Below are positions 32,941 through 35,554 of a stretch of DNA of 35,554 nucleotides, in pieces. The position numbers and the translations under genes were made by a program. The stretch is from a virus. The notes under the pieces were generated by a model that saw only the letters and a list, made by a program, of their open reading frames with translations, had not been told where the DNA came from and did not search any database. The stretch is from positions 1 to 35,554 of the IMG/VR virus record IMGVR_UViG_3300012346_000166. One strand, written 5' to 3'. Each line of letters opens with the position of its first letter. The stretch's first letter is position 1.

Positions 32941-35202
32941 TTATCCTTTACTTAAATTACTATAAATTAAAACGGTATCTTTTCCACCGCTTGAAACTCC
33001 TGTATCTATTCCAACACCAACAGGACTGCTAGCCATTCCAACACTAACAGGTGCTATTCTTGGTATTGTTAAATTTTGTCTATTCTTTTTCTTTGCCTTT
33101 AATACTTTAATCAATTCGATCTGCGTGCTATCTTCTGATTCGGGTGCAAATTCATTTACTTCATTCAATCGAAATAATGCACCGTTCACCATTAAGAATT
33201 TACTAAAGTCTAAATTCCTTACATCAAGTGCTTTCCAATATACGTATAACTTTACAATTTGTCCTGCTCTGTTTGTCATTTCATTAACAAAATCAAAGTA
33301 GTACGTACTGTAACAGTTGTTAGTCGTTATCTTATTTGCTACATAATACAATTCGTTTGTAAGCTGAAAAGATAAATCAAATGTAGGTGTATTCCAATTA
33401 TTGAAATGATGAATACAAGGATAAGTAGTTAGTACTTCTTGACCTGTTCCAACCGTATCTTTAAAAGTCCATGAACCCGTTTTACTTCCATTACGGAAAC
33501 AGATAATTGGATCCCCTTGATTCATTTTAACCGTGTTGTTTTCAATCTTAATAAATCGAGGTACTAAAATTCCTGTTGATACTTCATAAGGTATAATTGT
33601 AGCCCACGTTAAATCGACTTTGTAATCACCTTTAGCATAGTAACTACCTTGAACTTGGTTTAAGTTGTTGTATTCAACCTGCCACTTATTAAAGTATTGC
33701 TCAAAATCGTAGTGGCTTTGTTTCTTAAATTGAAATAAAATATTCTTTTTAAACTCATTTGCACTTGGTCGAATCTGAATTTCTTTATCGTTATCAACAA
33801 TATCTGTAATATCTGTGAATACACTTGTTTGTTGGTAGTAATCGCTTAACGGTTCAATCTTACATACGCCACTTTCTGAAGGGTCTGATATGTACAAATT
33901 AAATTGACGAATACAGTTTAACATAAAATCGCTACACTTCATAGAAGGTAAGAAACGACTTAACAAAATAGTATCACCATCCGTTGCATTCGTATCAATA
34001 CTTACAAAGTCAATTGTAATTGGGCTTGATTCTGTAAGTGTTAAAGTCGCACTTGTATCTGTGTTATCTAAAAGCGTTAATTGCCCTGTGTCAAAAGTAA
34101 AATCTATTACATCGCCTGATTGACATTCCAATTCAAAAGTAGAATCTAAAATGATTGTACCTGTCATTGAAGTATAAACTAAATTCCCATCCGTTGCAAC
34201 CGTAGCGACTACACCGTTTTTGTTTATGTTTAGTTTTAATCCTTTATAGTTGTCTATTGTACCGCTTGGTGTTGTAATTGTATAATCTAATTCTAAGCCT
34301 ATTGTCATTTGATAACGTCCTGAACGTTGTACGGTGATAGTACCGTTATCATGTTGACTGTAATTATCTGTAACCTCAGTAAAGGTAGAAGTAGATGAAC
34401 TAAACGCATTTAGAATAGGCAACCAAATTAAAAGCCTGATTCCATTACCAAGTAACTCGGTAGCACTATAAATCGCAGTAGCGTCAAACGTTCCATTTGT
34501 TAATTCAATGCGTCTATTTTCAACATCAGCTGGTGCAATGGTTTTAATCTCACCGCCACCATATCCAAACAGTATATTTTTGAACTGTGAACTATCTAAA
34601 AAATCAGAATCCCAAGTCAATCCAACTAATTCAAAGCACTTAAGCAAGGTTTCACGCACATAAACATACGGTACTAAGTCGGTAGTATTCCAAATTGTAG
34701 CACCTAAACGAGGTCTTCTGTCAATTAATGGGTAATAATATCCACTTCCTGCCGTTGCAGTCCATGAATTTTTGATGTTTGTACGGTTTAAAGTGTGATT
34801 ATACGTACTCCAATCCAACTCACTTACCATAATATTCTGTAACAATAGAAAAATATCTACTGATTCTGAGAATATTTGACATTTATAGCTTGGTATTCCA
34901 TCGTTTATTACAACAGAATTTAGTTTAATCAGTCCTTTTAGTACAACTACACCACGTTTTTTAAGTACAATATCAGCTTTTGCAGTAGCGTCAAAGTTTA
35001 CTATACTATCATTTGAGGTTAATCTGAATGAACCTGCAAAGAAAGCGTTATTATTCATAGTTGCAGGTAGCGTAATTTCTTTCGAATAAGACTTTTTACG
35101 CTTGCTTGGTTCTTTAACGTCTGCTATTGCATAGCTTACAGGGATGGGTATAGTGTCAGATATATCTAAACTATACCCGTTTGAGATTAATTCATCCGTC
35201 AT
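32941..35202 (-). CDS. Large tail/baseplate structural protein (Tal-like)
   Basis: 753-aa ORF in the tail module, ATGA-coupled to the upstream gene. Confidence 0.4.
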   Translation of the reverse strand: MTDELISNGYSLDISDTIPIPVSYAIADVKEPSKRKKSYSKEITLPATMNNNAFFAGSFRLTSNDSIVNFDATAKADIVLKKRGVVVLKGLIKLNSVVINDGIPSYKCQIFSESVDIFLLLQNIMVSELDWSTYNHTLNRTNIKNSWTATAGSGYYYPLIDRRPRLGATIWNTTDLVPYVYVRETLLKCFELVGLTWDSDFLDSSQFKNILFGYGGGEIKTIAPADVENRRIELTNGTFDATAIYSATELLGNGIRLLIWLPILNAFSSSTSTFTEVTDNYSQHDNGTITVQRSGRYQMTIGLELDYTITTPSGTIDNYKGLKLNINKNGVVATVATDGNLVYTSMTGTIILDSTFELECQSGDVIDFTFDTGQLTLLDNTDTSATLTLTESSPITIDFVSIDTNATDGDTILLSRFLPSMKCSDFMLNCIRQFNLYISDPSESGVCKIEPLSDYYQQTSVFTDITDIVDNDKEIQIRPSANEFKKNILFQFKKQSHYDFEQYFNKWQVEYNNLNQVQGSYYAKGDYKVDLTWATIIPYEVSTGILVPRFIKIENNTVKMNQGDPIICFRNGSKTGSWTFKDTVGTGQEVLTTYPCIHHFNNWNTPTFDLSFQLTNELYYVANKITTNNCYSTYYFDFVNEMTNRAGQIVKLYVYWKALDVRNLDFSKFLMVNGALFRLNEVNEFAPESEDSTQIELIKVLKAKKKNRQNLTIPRIAPVSVGMASSPVGVGIDTGVSSGGKDTVLIYSNLSKG

Positions 35203-35554
35203 AATGAAATACCGTTATGTGCGTTCGTATATTCAAAAGCTACTGATTCAGAAATTAACTCTTCGAATCTGTCTTGTTGGAAACTGAATTGATTAGTAGT
35301 GATTTTAATTGAATCCACTACACCATCAACGTCAATTAAGTAATGTCTTGGTGATTTATATAATTCACATAGCCAACGTTGCATTGATTGTGTAATGTAG
35401 CTTGTGTAAATAACTCCTTTATCTTTTTGCTTTGTACCTACTCTTAAAGTTCCTGCTGAATTTAGATCGTACTCAAATGAAGTTCCATTCCATTGCCCGA
35501 ACTGTTTACCGTATGTTTGTTCTTTTACTTCGCCACTTTGTTCTAGGTTATGCT
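35199..35554 (-). CDS. C-terminal part of the same junction-spanning 372-aa protein (unique part 35199..35499)
   Basis: The frame is open from 35554 down to the TGA at 35201..35199. That stop overlaps the ATG of the next gene (ATGA). Confidence 0.8.
   Translation of the reverse strand, partial: HNLEQSGEVKEQTYGKQFGQWNGTSFEYDLNSAGTLRVGTKQKDKGVIYTSYITQSMQRWLCELYKSPRHYLIDVDGVVDSIKITTNQFSFQQDRFEELISESVAFEYTNAHNGISL
35500..35554. repeat. Second copy of the 55-nt terminal identity
   Basis: Identical to nt 1-55. Confidence 0.95.

Noticed and set aside
1-35554. Genome-wide TAG reassignment (code 15-like)
   Set aside because: The long structural and replication genes are intact with no internal TAG, and two genes appear to terminate at TAG. 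Only one small gene has an internal TAG, so a local event is more likely.
1-35554. Lysogeny module, CRISPR array and defence island
   Set aside because: I recognised no integrase, recombinase, repressor/antirepressor pair, attP-like feature or repeat-spacer array. The window is a self-contained phage genome, not a host island.

Overview
The window is a complete tailed dsDNA phage genome. Its first 55 nt are identical to its last 55 nt, so the unique sequence is 35,499 bp, either circularly closed or terminally redundant. One 372-aa gene runs across that junction.

The DNA is AT-rich and tightly packed. About 60 genes lie on the minus strand and only one on the plus strand. Many neighbouring genes are joined by ATGA stop/start overlaps.

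No Shine-Dalgarno sequences are evident. TAnnTTTG boxes, often TTAT(A/C)TTTGC, recur in the intergenic gaps. Both features point to a Bacteroidota (Flavobacteriia-like) host.

Modules in the direction of transcription (descending coordinates):
- Small-ORF, replication and recombination region (17854 down to about 6800): DnaA domain IV-like HTH, VRR-NUC nuclease, NucS-like PD-(D/E)xK nuclease, replication organiser, DnaB-like helicase, PAPS-reductase-like PP-loop enzyme, YqaJ exonuclease and a sigma-like protein.
- Packaging: terS and terL, followed by a free-standing HNH homing endonuclease.
- A GT-B glycosyltransferase / SAM methyltransferase / GT-A glycosyltransferase cassette.
- Tail genes, including a chaperone-like gene with a -1 frameshift cassette.
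- A lone opposite-strand lipoprotein gene.
- A tape-measure-like protein, XkdF-type protease-scaffold fusion, major capsid protein, tube-like protein, portal-MuF fusion and fibres.
- Lysis cassette: holin, unimolecular-spanin candidate and GH108 endolysin.
- A metallophosphoesterase gene enclosed by two terminators.

I found no integrase, tRNA or CRISPR array.

All homology statements come from reading motifs by eye. No database search was run. Coordinates of small ORFs, hairpins and the recoding signals were checked base by base.
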